Below are positions 1 through 10,110 of a DNA stretch of 64,000 nucleotides, piece after piece. The notes beneath the pieces are model-generated. The model ran no database searches. It was not told the DNA's origin and was given only the letters and a program-made list of their open reading frames with translations. Where the stretch lies: the IMG/VR virus record IMGVR_UViG_3300032435_000001. One strand, 5' to 3'. The stretch is from a virus. The stretch's first letter is position 1. Every line of letters begins with the position of its first letter. A program made the translations under genes and the position numbers.

Positions 1-89
1 GGTTTTAGAAAATTATCATTCCACACTGAAGCTTCAGATAATGCGTTGTCGATTATTCCCTTAACCTTTGTTTCTATTTCTCTTGCCAT
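1..89 (-). CDS. 5' part of a gene running off the window; possibly the N-domain of a Clp ATPase (ClpA/B/C-like)
   Basis: ATG at 89 opens MAREIETKVKGIIDNALSEASVWNDNFLK..., resembling the start of a Clp repeat domain. A TATATTTG box lies upstream. Only about 29 codons are visible. Confidence 0.35.
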   Translation of the reverse strand, partial: MAREIETKVKGIIDNALSEASVWNDNFLK

Positions 90-107
90 GTTATCTATTT
101 TATTTTA

Positions 108-167
108 CAAATATATGTATTTTTTATGGTTAAACAACACACATCACCATTTATTTTAGTATTTTTG
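108..167. promoter_or_regulatory. Divergent Bacteroidota-type -7 boxes (TAnnTTTG)
   Basis: TATATTTG on the minus strand (108-115) and TATTTTTG on the plus strand (160-167), each about 20-30 nt before an ATG. Confidence 0.45.
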
Positions 168-194
168 TAAAATAAAATAAATAAAACTTAAATT

Positions 195-629
195 ATGTTA
201 AAAAAGAGAGTTGAGATTGGTGGTAAAGTTAAATGTATATATCGGTCATCCAATATATTAGCATCTACTTACACTAAAGAGAGTAGTGAATTAGTAATAA
301 TATTTAATAATGGTGGTACTTACCTTTATAATGATGTTAAAGATAATGAGTATATGAGGTTTGAAATTGCTGAGAGTCAAGGTAGTGTATTCAACTCCCA
401 TATAAAAACTAAGTCTTTCGAGAAAAAAGATAAAATTGATGTTAACAATATTATTGAAGAATTAGAGAAAGTTGAGTTGATTGAAAGTGTAAAAATTAAA
501 GAAGAGTTGATTAGCTCAATGAATTCACTCTCGGTTATATTCGAGACCACAGGTGAGGTTGACCGTCAATTGCTAAAAGATGTTGAGACTAATATTAGAC
601 TATTCAAGGGGGAGGTAATTAGTGAATAA
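195..629 (+). CDS. KTSC-domain protein
   Basis: SSNILASTY...L.I.F.NGGTYLY.DV...F..AES.G..FN..IK pattern typical of KTSC. Confidence 0.75.
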   Translation: MLKKRVEIGGKVKCIYRSSNILASTYTKESSELVIIFNNGGTYLYNDVKDNEYMRFEIAESQGSVFNSHIKTKSFEKKDKIDVNNIIEELEKVELIESVKIKEELISSMNSLSVIFETTGEVDRQLLKDVETNIRLFKGEVISE

Positions 630-1728
630 GTTAGATAGAGATTATTTGTCGTTAATTAAAGATGTGTTAAAAAATGGTAATTATAAGGAAGGTAGAAATG
701 GTGGGACTAGGAGTGTTTTTAGTAGACATATAAGACATAAAATGTCTGATGGGTTTCCATTACTTACAACTAAAAAAATGCCATGGAAGGTAATTGTTAC
801 CGAATTAATTTGGTTTTTAAGGGGTCATACCAACATTAAGGAATTACTTGATAATAATTGTAACATTTGGAATGGTGATTCGTATGCTAATTATTTAAAA
901 AAACAACCTAAATTTCAGGTTGGGGGAAACAATGTTGATTGCGGTCCTATGAATATTGAGGATTATATAAATAAAATAAAAACTGATGACTCATTTGCTA
1001 AAAAGTGGGGTGATTTGGGTAAAATATATGGTTCTCAATGGCGAAATTGGGGTGGTGAGGTTGATTATGATAAAGGTGAGTATAATTTTAAAGGTGGTAT
1101 AGACCAAATACAAGTTGTCATTGATGAATTAAAGTCTAATCCAGATTCTAGGAGAATTTTTGTTAGTGCTTGGAATGTTGCGGAGTTAAGTGAAATGGTT
1201 TTACCACCATGTCATAATTTCTTTCAATTTTATACTAGGGTATTAAGTTATGATGAGAGGGTTACCTTATTTAATAGTAAGGTAAATATTTTGAATCCGT
1301 ATTTACCACCATTAAAAGAAACGCTAGAGCTTCATAATATACCAACAAGGGCGGTTTCACTATTATTTAATATGAGGAGTTCGGACGTTGGGTTGGGATT
1401 ACCCTTTAATTTAGCATCCTATGGTTTATTATTAAAGTTAATCGGTGTTATAGTAAATATGGTACCAGAAGAGTTAATCGCTAATTTGGGTGATGTTCAT
1501 TTATACTCAAACCATATCGAACCAATTAAACCTCAGTTAAAGAGGAGAGGTAAGGTCTTACCTGATGTTTTAATAAGTTCTAAGTTTTTACCAAATGGTG
1601 ACGGTGAAACTAGGTTTGGTGAGTTAGATTCGTCATTTCAAATTTTAATTAATAATCTTGAAGTAGATGATTTTAAATTAATTAATTATAATTCACATGA
1701 TAAAATTAAGTTGCCATTGAGTAATTAA
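622..1728 (+). CDS. thyA: Thymidylate synthase
   Basis: GFPLLTTKK, ELIWFLRG, NPDSRR, SAWN, LPPCH, RSSDVGLGLPFN (dUMP-specifying Asn), GDVHLY. Confidence 0.97.
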   Translation: MNKLDRDYLSLIKDVLKNGNYKEGRNGGTRSVFSRHIRHKMSDGFPLLTTKKMPWKVIVTELIWFLRGHTNIKELLDNNCNIWNGDSYANYLKKQPKFQVGGNNVDCGPMNIEDYINKIKTDDSFAKKWGDLGKIYGSQWRNWGGEVDYDKGEYNFKGGIDQIQVVIDELKSNPDSRRIFVSAWNVAELSEMVLPPCHNFFQFYTRVLSYDERVTLFNSKVNILNPYLPPLKETLELHNIPTRAVSLLFNMRSSDVGLGLPFNLASYGLLLKLIGVIVNMVPEELIANLGDVHLYSNHIEPIKPQLKRRGKVLPDVLISSKFLPNGDGETRFGELDSSFQILINNLEVDDFKLINYNSHDKIKLPLSN

Positions 1729-1768
1729 AAACAATAAATTAAGTTGTAGTTTACAACAAAGTTAAAAT

Positions 1769-1798
1769 AAAGCACCCAATCGGGTGCTTTTGCTTTTT
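1769..1798 (+). terminator. Intrinsic terminator
   Basis: aaagcaccc-aatc-gggtgcttt followed by a T-rich tract. Confidence 0.75.
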
Positions 1799-1831
1799 AC
1801 ATAATATTTATTATTAAAAATAAGATTTAAT

Positions 1832-2545
1832 ATGGAAAATAACAACATAAGACCAAACGGTTTGCAAGGTAAAGATAAACTTTCTCGTATGATTGAGTTG
1901 ATGGGTAAAACATCAATTAATGAAAATGTTACTAGGTCTGTAATTGAGTTAACAAAAAAAGGTCCAGATGGTAATGTCTATGCTATTGTGAGAGAAAACC
2001 ATAGTTATTTTATTAAAATTAGTACTAACAAGTCTAATTTAGTCATTGAAAACTTCGAATATATTGGTGGTCTTAAAAATAAAACCGATAAATCTTTTGA
2101 TAGTTATTCAAAGGCATTAAGACAATTAAATTTATCATTTATCAGCCTTGCTGAGGCTAACGGTAAATCTAGTGATATTAATGCATTTTTAAATGATAAC
2201 TTAATTGAGGGTTTTGGTATTATTAGAGGTAAAGGACATGATGAGCATGTTATGGGGTTAGATGGTGATAGTTCTGAAAATGAGGAAGATGTTGAATATG
2301 ATGGGGAAGATTGTATGTCTGAAAATGACGAAACTATTGATGAGATGATTGGTGATGATAATGATATGATTGAAGAGAATTTCATTCAAAATAAAAGACT
2401 TAAAATTGTTGATACTCTATTAAATATAGATTCGGCTATAGCTGAATCAACTAATGAAAGGGTTGAATTGTTAATAGAGAGTTTAAGTTTGTTATCTGAA
2501 AAAGAGCAGAAATTTTTATTAGCTAATTTAAAAAAAAAAAGTTAG
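1832..2545 (+). CDS. Acidic putative head-internal protein; N-terminal part of a possible frameshift fusion
   Basis: Late-type TATTTAT motif upstream; INE/LIE/IAE motifs; ends in TTA AAA AAA AAA AGT TAG. Confidence 0.7.
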   Translation: MENNNIRPNGLQGKDKLSRMIELMGKTSINENVTRSVIELTKKGPDGNVYAIVRENHSYFIKISTNKSNLVIENFEYIGGLKNKTDKSFDSYSKALRQLNLSFISLAEANGKSSDINAFLNDNLIEGFGIIRGKGHDEHVMGLDGDSSENEEDVEYDGEDCMSENDETIDEMIGDDNDMIEENFIQNKRLKIVDTLLNIDSAIAESTNERVELLIESLSLLSEKEQKFLLANLKKKS

Positions 2546-3618
2546 TCGAGACTAAATATAAATTAAAAATAAATAACTCAAAACCACCTGAAGATAATTC
2601 AGGTGGTTTTGAAGATTCAAGTAACTCTGATGTTGACGCTGGTTTTGACGATGCTTTAGCTAGTGATGGTGTTGACGATGGTGGTAGTGATAAACCTTTT
2701 GATGATGAACCTTTTGACGCTGGTGTTGAAAGTAATGAGGATGAAGACCCAAAGAAATATATTCAACAATTATCTGGGAAGTTAGGTCAATCAATTAGAG
2801 CTTACACTGATAAAGTGGGTCAGCCTGATTTAGAGTTAGAAAAATTCGCAATAAATTCAGTTATATCAGCTACTCATTCAAGTGATATGACACCTGAGGA
2901 TAAGCAAGATATTATTAAAAAAATTAATAATTCTGGTGATGATGATAATACCGTAGATGGTGGTGATGAGCAAGGTGATAATACCGTAGATGGTGGTGGT
3001 GGTCACCAAGGTGGTGAGCAAGGTGGTGAACAAGGTGGTGAGCAAGATGATTCTTCTGGGATTGAGGATTTTGAAAAGGCGTTAAATAGTGAGAGTGTTA
3101 TCAACGAGAACTTAGATTCGGTAAGTTTTGTCAAATTTGTTGGTATGACTGATGATGAAATTACTGTTATTTTAAATGTTAATGGTGAAAATAAATTAAT
3201 TAAATTTTACAAGGAAGAACTTTTATCCCAACCAAGTTCTCATGATGAAAGTTGGTTCTACGCATATGATGGGGTTGATAGGGATGGCGTAAAGTATGAG
3301 GCTGTGGGTTCATTCTTGGGCCACCCAGATACTAACCTAGAGTTTGAGGATATTAGTGAATTTAGCGTTTCTAAAAAAAATGAAAGTTTTGTGGTTGAAA
3401 GTGGTATTGAAATATTACCAAAGGAACATAAACAAGTTTTTGTTAACGCTAAATTAGGTGTTAAAGAAAGTGTTGCTAGTAGAATTACAATTATTAAGAA
3501 TGATGATGAGGTTGAGACACCAACTAAACCAAAAGTTAGCCCTAAAACGATTCCGAGTAGGAGGGAAAAACCTTGGGTGGTTCCAATAATAAAACCACAA
3601 CCAAAAGCTGTTAAGTAA
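2527..3618 (+). CDS. Acidic putative head protein; the frame is open from 2527 with no ATG near its 5' end and probably continues 1832..2545 by a -1 shift
   Basis: Frame 1 reads FKKKKLVETKYKLK...DKPFDDEPFDAGVESNEDEDPKKYIQQLSGKLGQS, 96 codons with genome-typical usage before the GTG at 2815. Confidence 0.65.
   Translation, partial: FKKKKLVETKYKLKINNSKPPEDNSGGFEDSSNSDVDAGFDDALASDGVDDGGSDKPFDDEPFDAGVESNEDEDPKKYIQQLSGKLGQSIRAYTDKVGQPDLELEKFAINSVISATHSSDMTPEDKQDIIKKINNSGDDDNTVDGGDEQGDNTVDGGGGHQGGEQGGEQGGEQDDSSGIEDFEKALNSESVINENLDSVSFVKFVGMTDDEITVILNVNGENKLIKFYKEELLSQPSSHDESWFYAYDGVDRDGVKYEAVGSFLGHPDTNLEFEDISEFSVSKKNESFVVESGIEILPKEHKQVFVNAKLGVKESVASRITIIKNDDEVETPTKPKVSPKTIPSRREKPWVVPIIKPQPKAVK
2944..3046 (+). 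repeat. Coding repeats (DNTVDGG x2, QGGE x3)
   Basis: gataataccgtagatggtggt twice; caaggtggtgar tandem. Confidence 0.8.
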
Positions 3619-4040
3619 TGAAGGAATTGTTTTTAATATACGTTAATGAATTAGGTGAGGATTGGAAGGGTGATTTAATTTATGAATTCATTTTTTCAGA
3701 TACAACCGATAACGTTGAGGGTGAGGATTGGGATGTTTACCCAGCTTCTGGACAACCAGAACCACCTAAAGTTACTTGTGTTAAGAGGGTTGGTAAACTT
3801 GAATCTAAATTCAGGTTATCCTTGGTACAAAATAGTGATACATTCGCAGTTTGGGATGCTATTGATGGGGTTATAGGTTTAGCTTGGGAGAATATTAGTG
3901 ATTATGAAGAATACCCTGATAAAAGAGTTGCTTTCCATTTTGGTGAGTTGTTGGGTGATGTTGAGAATAAATTATATGAGAAAGATTTAATATTAGAATA
4001 TAAAAATACAAGTAATAAAAATAGTAAAAATGGGAAATAG
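3618..4040 (+). CDS. Hypothetical phage protein
   Basis: 140-aa ORF, TAATG-coupled to the upstream gene. Confidence 0.75.
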   Translation: MKELFLIYVNELGEDWKGDLIYEFIFSDTTDNVEGEDWDVYPASGQPEPPKVTCVKRVGKLESKFRLSLVQNSDTFAVWDAIDGVIGLAWENISDYEEYPDKRVAFHFGELLGDVENKLYEKDLILEYKNTSNKNSKNGK

Positions 4041-4821
4041 AATAAAAAAACGAATTGTTGAGGCTAATAATAAAGGGGTTTATGGTTTACCAAAAACTAA
4101 ACTTGTTGAGGATAGTTATGGTGAAGATAAGGTAATACCGTTAAGTAGGGTTTATTCAATCGCTAAAAAGGCTGGTGCTCATGTTTCTGATTGTGAAGAT
4201 GATATACTTAATTTATACATGGTTTATTCGGACTCCATTGGTGTCCCAACGTCTAAAATTAAAGCGGTTTTAACTCATTATGATTTGAAATTCTCAGATT
4301 TGAAAGGACCTGAACCTAAATTAAAGCCTAGTGTTGAGTTTGCTCAACATTTTAACTCATCATTGGATGAGGATGAGGATGAGGATGTTAGTAGAGGTGT
4401 TGAACATGGTAGAAGTGAAACTGATGCGTCCAGATATGAGTGGGAAGAGCTATATCGTAATATTAGTGGGGAAGCTGATGGTAGTGAGGAGTCTATTAAA
4501 GAAGTAGATGGGGAAGAAGAAGAAGAAGGTGGACTTAATGTTGGTGATTTAAGGAATGATGTTGCTAAGTTTATTGATAAACTTGGTTTATCTCAATTTG
4601 AATCTATTCTTAAAAAGATAAACACACCAATAGAGCAAGCTGAGGTAATAGCTGCGTTTGCTGAAAAGGTTGGCGTACCTAGAGTTAAATTAGGTGTAAT
4701 CGTGAAACAATTAAGGGCCGTTGGTGAAGGTAATCTTATTAAAACTAGAGGTGGTTTAGTGAGTGAAGTTATAACTAAATCTGATTTATCAAAATCAATA
4801 AAAAGTAATAAAGATGAGTAA
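4030..4821 (+). CDS. Acidic hypothetical protein, possibly head-internal
   Basis: 263-aa ORF with IVE/LVE/IKE motifs and a basic N-terminus. Confidence 0.7.
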   Translation: MGNRIKKRIVEANNKGVYGLPKTKLVEDSYGEDKVIPLSRVYSIAKKAGAHVSDCEDDILNLYMVYSDSIGVPTSKIKAVLTHYDLKFSDLKGPEPKLKPSVEFAQHFNSSLDEDEDEDVSRGVEHGRSETDASRYEWEELYRNISGEADGSEESIKEVDGEEEEEGGLNVGDLRNDVAKFIDKLGLSQFESILKKINTPIEQAEVIAAFAEKVGVPRVKLGVIVKQLRAVGEGNLIKTRGGLVSEVITKSDLSKSIKSNKDE

Positions 4822-6007
4822 ATATAGGGAGATAGCTAGGAAAGCTTTGTTGAATAATTTCATAAAAAAACCTATAACTGAAGGTATGTTGTTGTACGAT
4901 GAAAAGCATAATGAAAAAGTTAATGGTACATTATCGAAAGAATTAAGGGATAGGAAACATTCATTAGGTAATCACCCTATATTTCCAGAGAGTGATGAAT
5001 CTCATTTTGAAGAGAAATTAATATCAAAAAGGTTTGGTGATGTTCTTAAAACCTATAAAAGACATTTCGAGGTTGATGAGATAGCGGATGTTGATGTTTA
5101 TAATAATTCAGCTTCTATAATGAATAAAATCATACCAATTGAAAGTGAGTGTATGGGTGATTTAACTGAATTGGCTATCAGAATAGTTAGGGAGGAGTTT
5201 GATATGAGTGAAAATGATGTTTTAGTTGAGGCTGAAATTGTTAGTAAAATAACTTTAAATGGTATTAATAAAAACCCAGCACCGATATCAATTGATGGGA
5301 TGGAATTTGATAACCATGCTTCAATATCTAAAGCAAATAGTGAAGTTTATAAAAGAAGGTTTATTAATTCGTTGATTCAAGGTAGTGCTAATAAGTGTAA
5401 CCACTTATTTCATATGTATGAAAGTGAGATAATGGACATTGACCATAAATTACCAAGTTTATACGCTAAATTAGTTGTTGCGGTTGATTATAGTTATTTT
5501 ATTAATGATGATTCAAGACCTAAATTAACTAGTGGTTTATCTGAAATAGATTTTAATGATGAAAATAAACCAATTATTAAAGCACAAGCTTTAACATTCC
5601 CAATATTGGTCCATGAATTAGTTAAAGGTGCTATGGAGATATTATCCTTACACGGTTTACCTAAAGAGAGTAAGATGGTTGAATATGTATTAGGTAAAGC
5701 TGATTACCTAGCTGCTGAAACTTGGGATTTAAGGTTAGGTACTTGTTTATGGGAGAAATTTTTAGAGTCAATAGGTGATGATGATTACAAAATTAAACAT
5801 CATATATTTCAAGATTTGATTAGCTTACCAGTTGATGAGTTTAACACGATAATGAGGGAGGTTATGAGTGGTACTAAAGAAGGTCATGATATTATTGATG
5901 CGATATCTAATAATATTAAAGATGATTTGGATATGGAAGATGAAATAAATAATGATAGGTTTAACTTAGATGATTTAGACGATTTATCGGTAGATGATTT
6001 TAATTAA
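4814..6007 (+). CDS. Hypothetical protein upstream of terminase
   Basis: 397-aa ORF; KRRFINSLIQG, FPILVHELVKG, ETWDLRLG. Confidence 0.75.
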   Translation: MSKYREIARKALLNNFIKKPITEGMLLYDEKHNEKVNGTLSKELRDRKHSLGNHPIFPESDESHFEEKLISKRFGDVLKTYKRHFEVDEIADVDVYNNSASIMNKIIPIESECMGDLTELAIRIVREEFDMSENDVLVEAEIVSKITLNGINKNPAPISIDGMEFDNHASISKANSEVYKRRFINSLIQGSANKCNHLFHMYESEIMDIDHKLPSLYAKLVVAVDYSYFINDDSRPKLTSGLSEIDFNDENKPIIKAQALTFPILVHELVKGAMEILSLHGLPKESKMVEYVLGKADYLAAETWDLRLGTCLWEKFLESIGDDDYKIKHHIFQDLISLPVDEFNTIMREVMSGTKEGHDIIDAISNNIKDDLDMEDEINNDRFNLDDLDDLSVDDFN

Positions 6008-6040
6008 TAAAAAGACTAGTTTTACTAGTCTTTTTATTTT
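6006..6040 (+). terminator. Intrinsic terminator
   Basis: aataaaaagactagt-ttt-actagtctttttatt. Confidence 0.7.
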
Positions 6041-6083
6041 TATTAACATTTTAATTATAGATTGTATTTATTAATAAAAAAAT

Positions 6084-9000
6084 ATGTTGACAAATGAAGA
6101 AATATTTGAAGAATATTTACTATGTTCTGAAGACCCAAAATACGCCATTGAAAAATATTTAAAAACTTTTGATAAAACCCAAGAGGGTTTTGTACCGTTT
6201 AAGTTGTTTAAAAAACAACGTGAAATTATTGATAATTATGAAAAATACCGTTTTAATTTAATAACAAAACCGAGACAAGCTGGTATATCAACAACAACAC
6301 AAGCTTATGCTGCTATGAAATGTGTTTTTGCTGATAAAAATAACCCAGAAACAATTATTGTTATCGCTAATAAGTTGACCCTAGCTAAGAAATTTGCTAA
6401 GGGTATTAAAGATTTTGTAGCTCAAATGCCAAGATGGGCTTGGGGGCCAGAATATTATGGAACAAAGGAGAAGGAAAAGGTAACTATATTTGAAAAAGAT
6501 TCTCAAATTGAGATAGAGTTAATTAACGGTAGTAAAATTATCGCTGTGGCAACATCAACGGATGCGTTAAGGGGTTATACACCAACATTCCTTATATTTG
6601 ATGAAGCAGCTTTTATCGATAAGGGTGCGGAATTATATGGTGCGGCCATCACATCTTTAGGTTGTTTAACCAAAGAAAGTTTAATATTAACGGAAAATGG
6701 GTTAGTTGAATTAAATGAATTAGTTACCGAAAAAGATAATATTGGTTTTACTGATTTAATTACACCACATAAAGTTTGTAATATGTATGGTAATATTGTC
6801 GATGCAACTCAAACTTTTGTTAGTGAATACGGTAAAACATTTAGATTTAAAACAAAGTTAGGTATTGAATTAGAAGGTAGTTGGAAACACCCAATTTTAG
6901 TGAAAAGGGGATGTGATGATATTTGGGTTAAAATGAATGATTTAGTTGTTGGTGATGAACCAATAATACAGTACAATCAAAATTATTTTGGTGGTGATAG
7001 TTCTTTTAAATTCGAGTATAGTAAACGTAGTGATAATATAAATTTACCTATAAAATTAGAAGATAATTTAAACTTCACCTATTTGTTAGGGTTATTCCTT
7101 AGTAAAGGTAATTTCACAACAAATGGTGTTACAATTACTAATATTGATGAAAATATTAGTGACTTTTTATTAAAAGATGAAGCTAATTTAGGTAATGAAT
7201 TCAAAAAATCAGGTGATAAATATTTAACGTTTAACTCAAATGAGTTAATAGAGTGGTTTACCTTATTTGGTTTTAAAAAATGTAATGCTAGGGATAAAGA
7301 AATACCTTTAAACATTTTAAAGATGCCTAAAATGGTAATTAAGGCTTTCCTACAAGGTTTATTTGATAGTGGTAGTGTTACTACACAAAAACATATTAAA
7401 TACAGTGCAACATCAAAAAAATTAGTTAAGACATTACAGACATTATTATTGAATTTTGGAATAGTATCAAGTATTAAATATTCCAATGGTAAAAATGTTT
7501 GTGGTGTATATGATTTAAAAATACATTCGGAAGACGCTATTAAGTTTTACGATGAAATTGGCTTTAGGTTGGAAATGAAACAAAATGGTCGAGATTTTTT
7601 ATTAAATAAGATGGTAAATTCTGTATTTACATCAGTAATTGAAAATAAAAGTATATTCATAGATGAAATAGTTCTAGTTGAAGAATTTGAAGATTACACA
7701 TACGATTTACACGTCCCAGATTCTAACTCATTTATATCAAACGGTGTTATAAGTCATAATACTGGTGGTAAATCAATTCTAATTTCAACCCCAAATGGGT
7801 ATGACGCTTTGTATTATAAAACTTATGAGCAATCGATAAATGGTGATAATGATTATAACATAATAGAAATGAAATGGTATCAAGACCCAAGATACAATAA
7901 AGATTTAAGATGGTTAAATAAAGAAGGGGTTTCATTTTCTGAGGTTGAGTTTACGCATGAGTCATACGAGGCTAGTTTGAGGGAAAACCTTAAACCAACC
8001 TCTAAGTGGTATGAGGATATGTGTAAGGGTATGAATAACGATAAGAGGAGAATTTCCCAAGAGTTAGATGTATCATTTTTAGGTTCTGGTGGTAATGTAA
8101 TAGACGATGAGTATATTATGATGCAAGAAAATTTAAATGTGTGTGACCCAAAGTTTATCGATAAGAAATATTTTGATGGTCAGTACGGTTTAATTTGGGT
8201 TTGGGATGAACCAATTGAAAAACATGAGTATATTATGGCTTGTTTACCTATTGGTGAAAAAGTTTTAACTGAAAATGGGTTAGTTAATATAGAGGATGTT
8301 AAATTTAGTGATAAATTAATTGGGGAGAATGGTGAGTATGTTAATATTATTAACACTCAGATTTACCCAGTTGTTAATGAGGATGTTTATGAAGTTAAAA
8401 TGAGTAACACCTTTAGAACTACTAAATTCACAAAAGAACACCCAATATTAATTAGTAAACCAAATTTAGACCTTAATCATGAAAAAAATGATTTTAATTA
8501 CACCAAAATGGAGAGTGTTGAAATTGGGGATTGGTGTAAGGTACCTAATATTTATAAAAAAACAATTGAGGGGGTATTTGACGGTAAATGGGTTAGTAAC
8601 CCTGATTTTGATAGTGATAACCCATTAGAGGTCTTAGATTTTTGGTGGTTTATCGGAGTTTGGTTAGGTAATGGGCAATTAGATGACGTGAAAAACTCAC
8701 ATACTATGTCATTATCTTTTAATAAAACTGATACGGATAAAATGGATAAGTGTTTTTTGTTAATTAATAAAATTTTTAACGTGAAACCATCTGTAGTTGA
8801 GGAAGGTCCATTAGTGAATTTAGTATTCGATTCTAAGTTTTTATATTATTTTATATTAGAAAATTTTGGTGAGAATAAGGATAATAAAAAGATAGCAGAA
8901 TGGGTTAAATTCACACCTAAAGAATATAAAGAAGAATTGTTAAGAGGGTGTTTGGGTAGTTCTTTATTAATAAATGTTGATAAAGATAGTCCTAAGATTT

Positions 9001-10085
9001 CATTTGTTAGCGTTAATTTAACTTTATTAGAGTCTATCCAAGATATTATTTTTTCATTAGGGGTGATATCGTCAATCAATAAATTAAAGGGTGATAAGCG
9101 AAAAGAGATTTATAATTTAAAATTAAGTAATTATAGTAGTTTAGAGTTAATTAAATTATTATATGATGATTTAAATACATTTAGTTTTGTTGATGACGTA
9201 ACTTTAAATAAGGGTTCTGTAAAATCATGTCATTTTGATGATGATAAAGATTATATTTATTTTAGAGTTAACGATATAACTAGAAGTGAATACACTGGTA
9301 ATGTATATAATTTTGAATGCGAAACGCATACTTTTATGTGTCATCATATAACGACACATAATTGTGATGTTGCTAGGGGTGATGGTTCAGATAGTTCCAC
9401 TTTTCAAATAATTGATTTCACAACTATGGAACAAGTTTGTGAGTATCAAGGTAAGATACAACCCGATTTATTCGCTGAAATTATTGATGACTATGGTAAG
9501 AGGTATAACGCTTATGTTGTGGTTGATAATATTGGTGTTGGTGGGACTACCGCTATGAGGTTAGAAGAAATGAAATACCCTAATTTACATTATGATGAAT
9601 CTAAATCTAGGTTATTTAATACTAACACAAACCCTATAGATGATAAGAATAAAGTGCCAGGTTTTAACGTCAACGGAGTTAGACTTAATTTGGTTTCACT
9701 ATTAGAGGAAAAGGTTAGAACTAACACCGTTAAGATTAGGTCTAAGAGGTTAATTAATGAAATGAGAACTTTCATATATAAAAACGCTAGACCTGACCAT
9801 ATGGAAGGTTATCACGATGATTGTTTAATGGCATTAGGTATGGGTTTATGGGTATTGGAGCATTCATTTAAAAAACTTAGAAAAGTATCAGAAATGACAA
9901 AATCTATGTTAAGTGGTTGGATAATGCCTAACAATAATATTGATAGTGTGGTTAATAGTGGGTTTGTACCTAAAGATAGTAAAAATAAAAAGTCTTTACC
10001 AAAACCTAAATTTTCAGCGGTAGTAGCTAAGAATATGCAAGACCCAAATGGTGATTATAGTTGGTTATTTAGTGGTTTCAAATAA
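6084..10085 (+). CDS. terL: Terminase large subunit (T4 gp17-like) with two inteins; mature protein about 593 aa
   Basis: PF.LF..Q Q-motif, KPRQAGIST Walker A, LIFDEAAFI Walker B, ISTPNG, nuclease DVARGDGSD and HDD motifs. Confidence 0.95.
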   Translation: MLTNEEIFEEYLLCSEDPKYAIEKYLKTFDKTQEGFVPFKLFKKQREIIDNYEKYRFNLITKPRQAGISTTTQAYAAMKCVFADKNNPETIIVIANKLTLAKKFAKGIKDFVAQMPRWAWGPEYYGTKEKEKVTIFEKDSQIEIELINGSKIIAVATSTDALRGYTPTFLIFDEAAFIDKGAELYGAAITSLGCLTKESLILTENGLVELNELVTEKDNIGFTDLITPHKVCNMYGNIVDATQTFVSEYGKTFRFKTKLGIELEGSWKHPILVKRGCDDIWVKMNDLVVGDEPIIQYNQNYFGGDSSFKFEYSKRSDNINLPIKLEDNLNFTYLLGLFLSKGNFTTNGVTITNIDENISDFLLKDEANLGNEFKKSGDKYLTFNSNELIEWFTLFGFKKCNARDKEIPLNILKMPKMVIKAFLQGLFDSGSVTTQKHIKYSATSKKLVKTLQTLLLNFGIVSSIKYSNGKNVCGVYDLKIHSEDAIKFYDEIGFRLEMKQNGRDFLLNKMVNSVFTSVIENKSIFIDEIVLVEEFEDYTYDLHVPDSNSFISNGVISHNTGGKSILISTPNGYDALYYKTYEQSINGDNDYNIIEMKWYQDPRYNKDLRWLNKEGVSFSEVEFTHESYEASLRENLKPTSKWYEDMCKGMNNDKRRISQELDVSFLGSGGNVIDDEYIMMQENLNVCDPKFIDKKYFDGQYGLIWVWDEPIEKHEYIMACLPIGEKVLTENGLVNIEDVKFSDKLIGENGEYVNIINTQIYPVVNEDVYEVKMSNTFRTTKFTKEHPILISKPNLDLNHEKNDFNYTKMESVEIGDWCKVPNIYKKTIEGVFDGKWVSNPDFDSDNPLEVLDFWWFIGVWLGNGQLDDVKNSHTMSLSFNKTDTDKMDKCFLLINKIFNVKPSVVEEGPLVNLVFDSKFLYYFILENFGENKDNKKIAEWVKFTPKEYKEELLRGCLGSSLLINVDKDSPKISFVSVNLTLLESIQDIIFSLGVISSINKLKGDKRKEIYNLKLSNYSSLELIKLLYDDLNTFSFVDDVTLNKGSVKSCHFDDDKDYIYFRVNDITRSEYTGNVYNFECETHTFMCHHITTHNCDVARGDGSDSSTFQIIDFTTMEQVCEYQGKIQPDLFAEIIDDYGKRYNAYVVVDNIGVGGTTAMRLEEMKYPNLHYDESKSRLFNTNTNPIDDKNKVPGFNVNGVRLNLVSLLEEKVRTNTVKIRSKRLINEMRTFIYKNARPDHMEGYHDDCLMALGMGLWVLEHSFKKLRKVSEMTKSMLSGWIMPNNNIDSVVNSGFVPKDSKNKKSLPKPKFSAVVAKNMQDPNGDYSWLFSGFK
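6663..7760 (+). mobile_element. Intein TerL-1 (366 aa, degenerate LAGLIDADG)
   Basis: SLG|CLTKESLIL ... YTYDLHVPDSNSFISNGVISHN|TGG. Confidence 0.93.
8241..9362 (+). mobile_element. Intein TerL-2 (374 aa, degenerate LAGLIDADG)
   Basis: IMA|CLPIGEKVL ... FTKEHP ... VYNFECETHTFMCHHITTHN|CDVARG; sits just before the nuclease catalytic Asp. Confidence 0.93.
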
Positions 10086-10110
10086 AATAATATAAAGTAA
10101 AATAAATAAA

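Noticed and set aside
622-1728. thyA as a dCMP hydroxymethylase or as host of a group I intron
   Set aside because: It has the dUMP-type PFN Asn and a continuous ORF
2815-3618. GTG at 2815 as the true start
   Set aside because: There is no A-rich leader, and the frame is open and protein-like for 96 codons upstream
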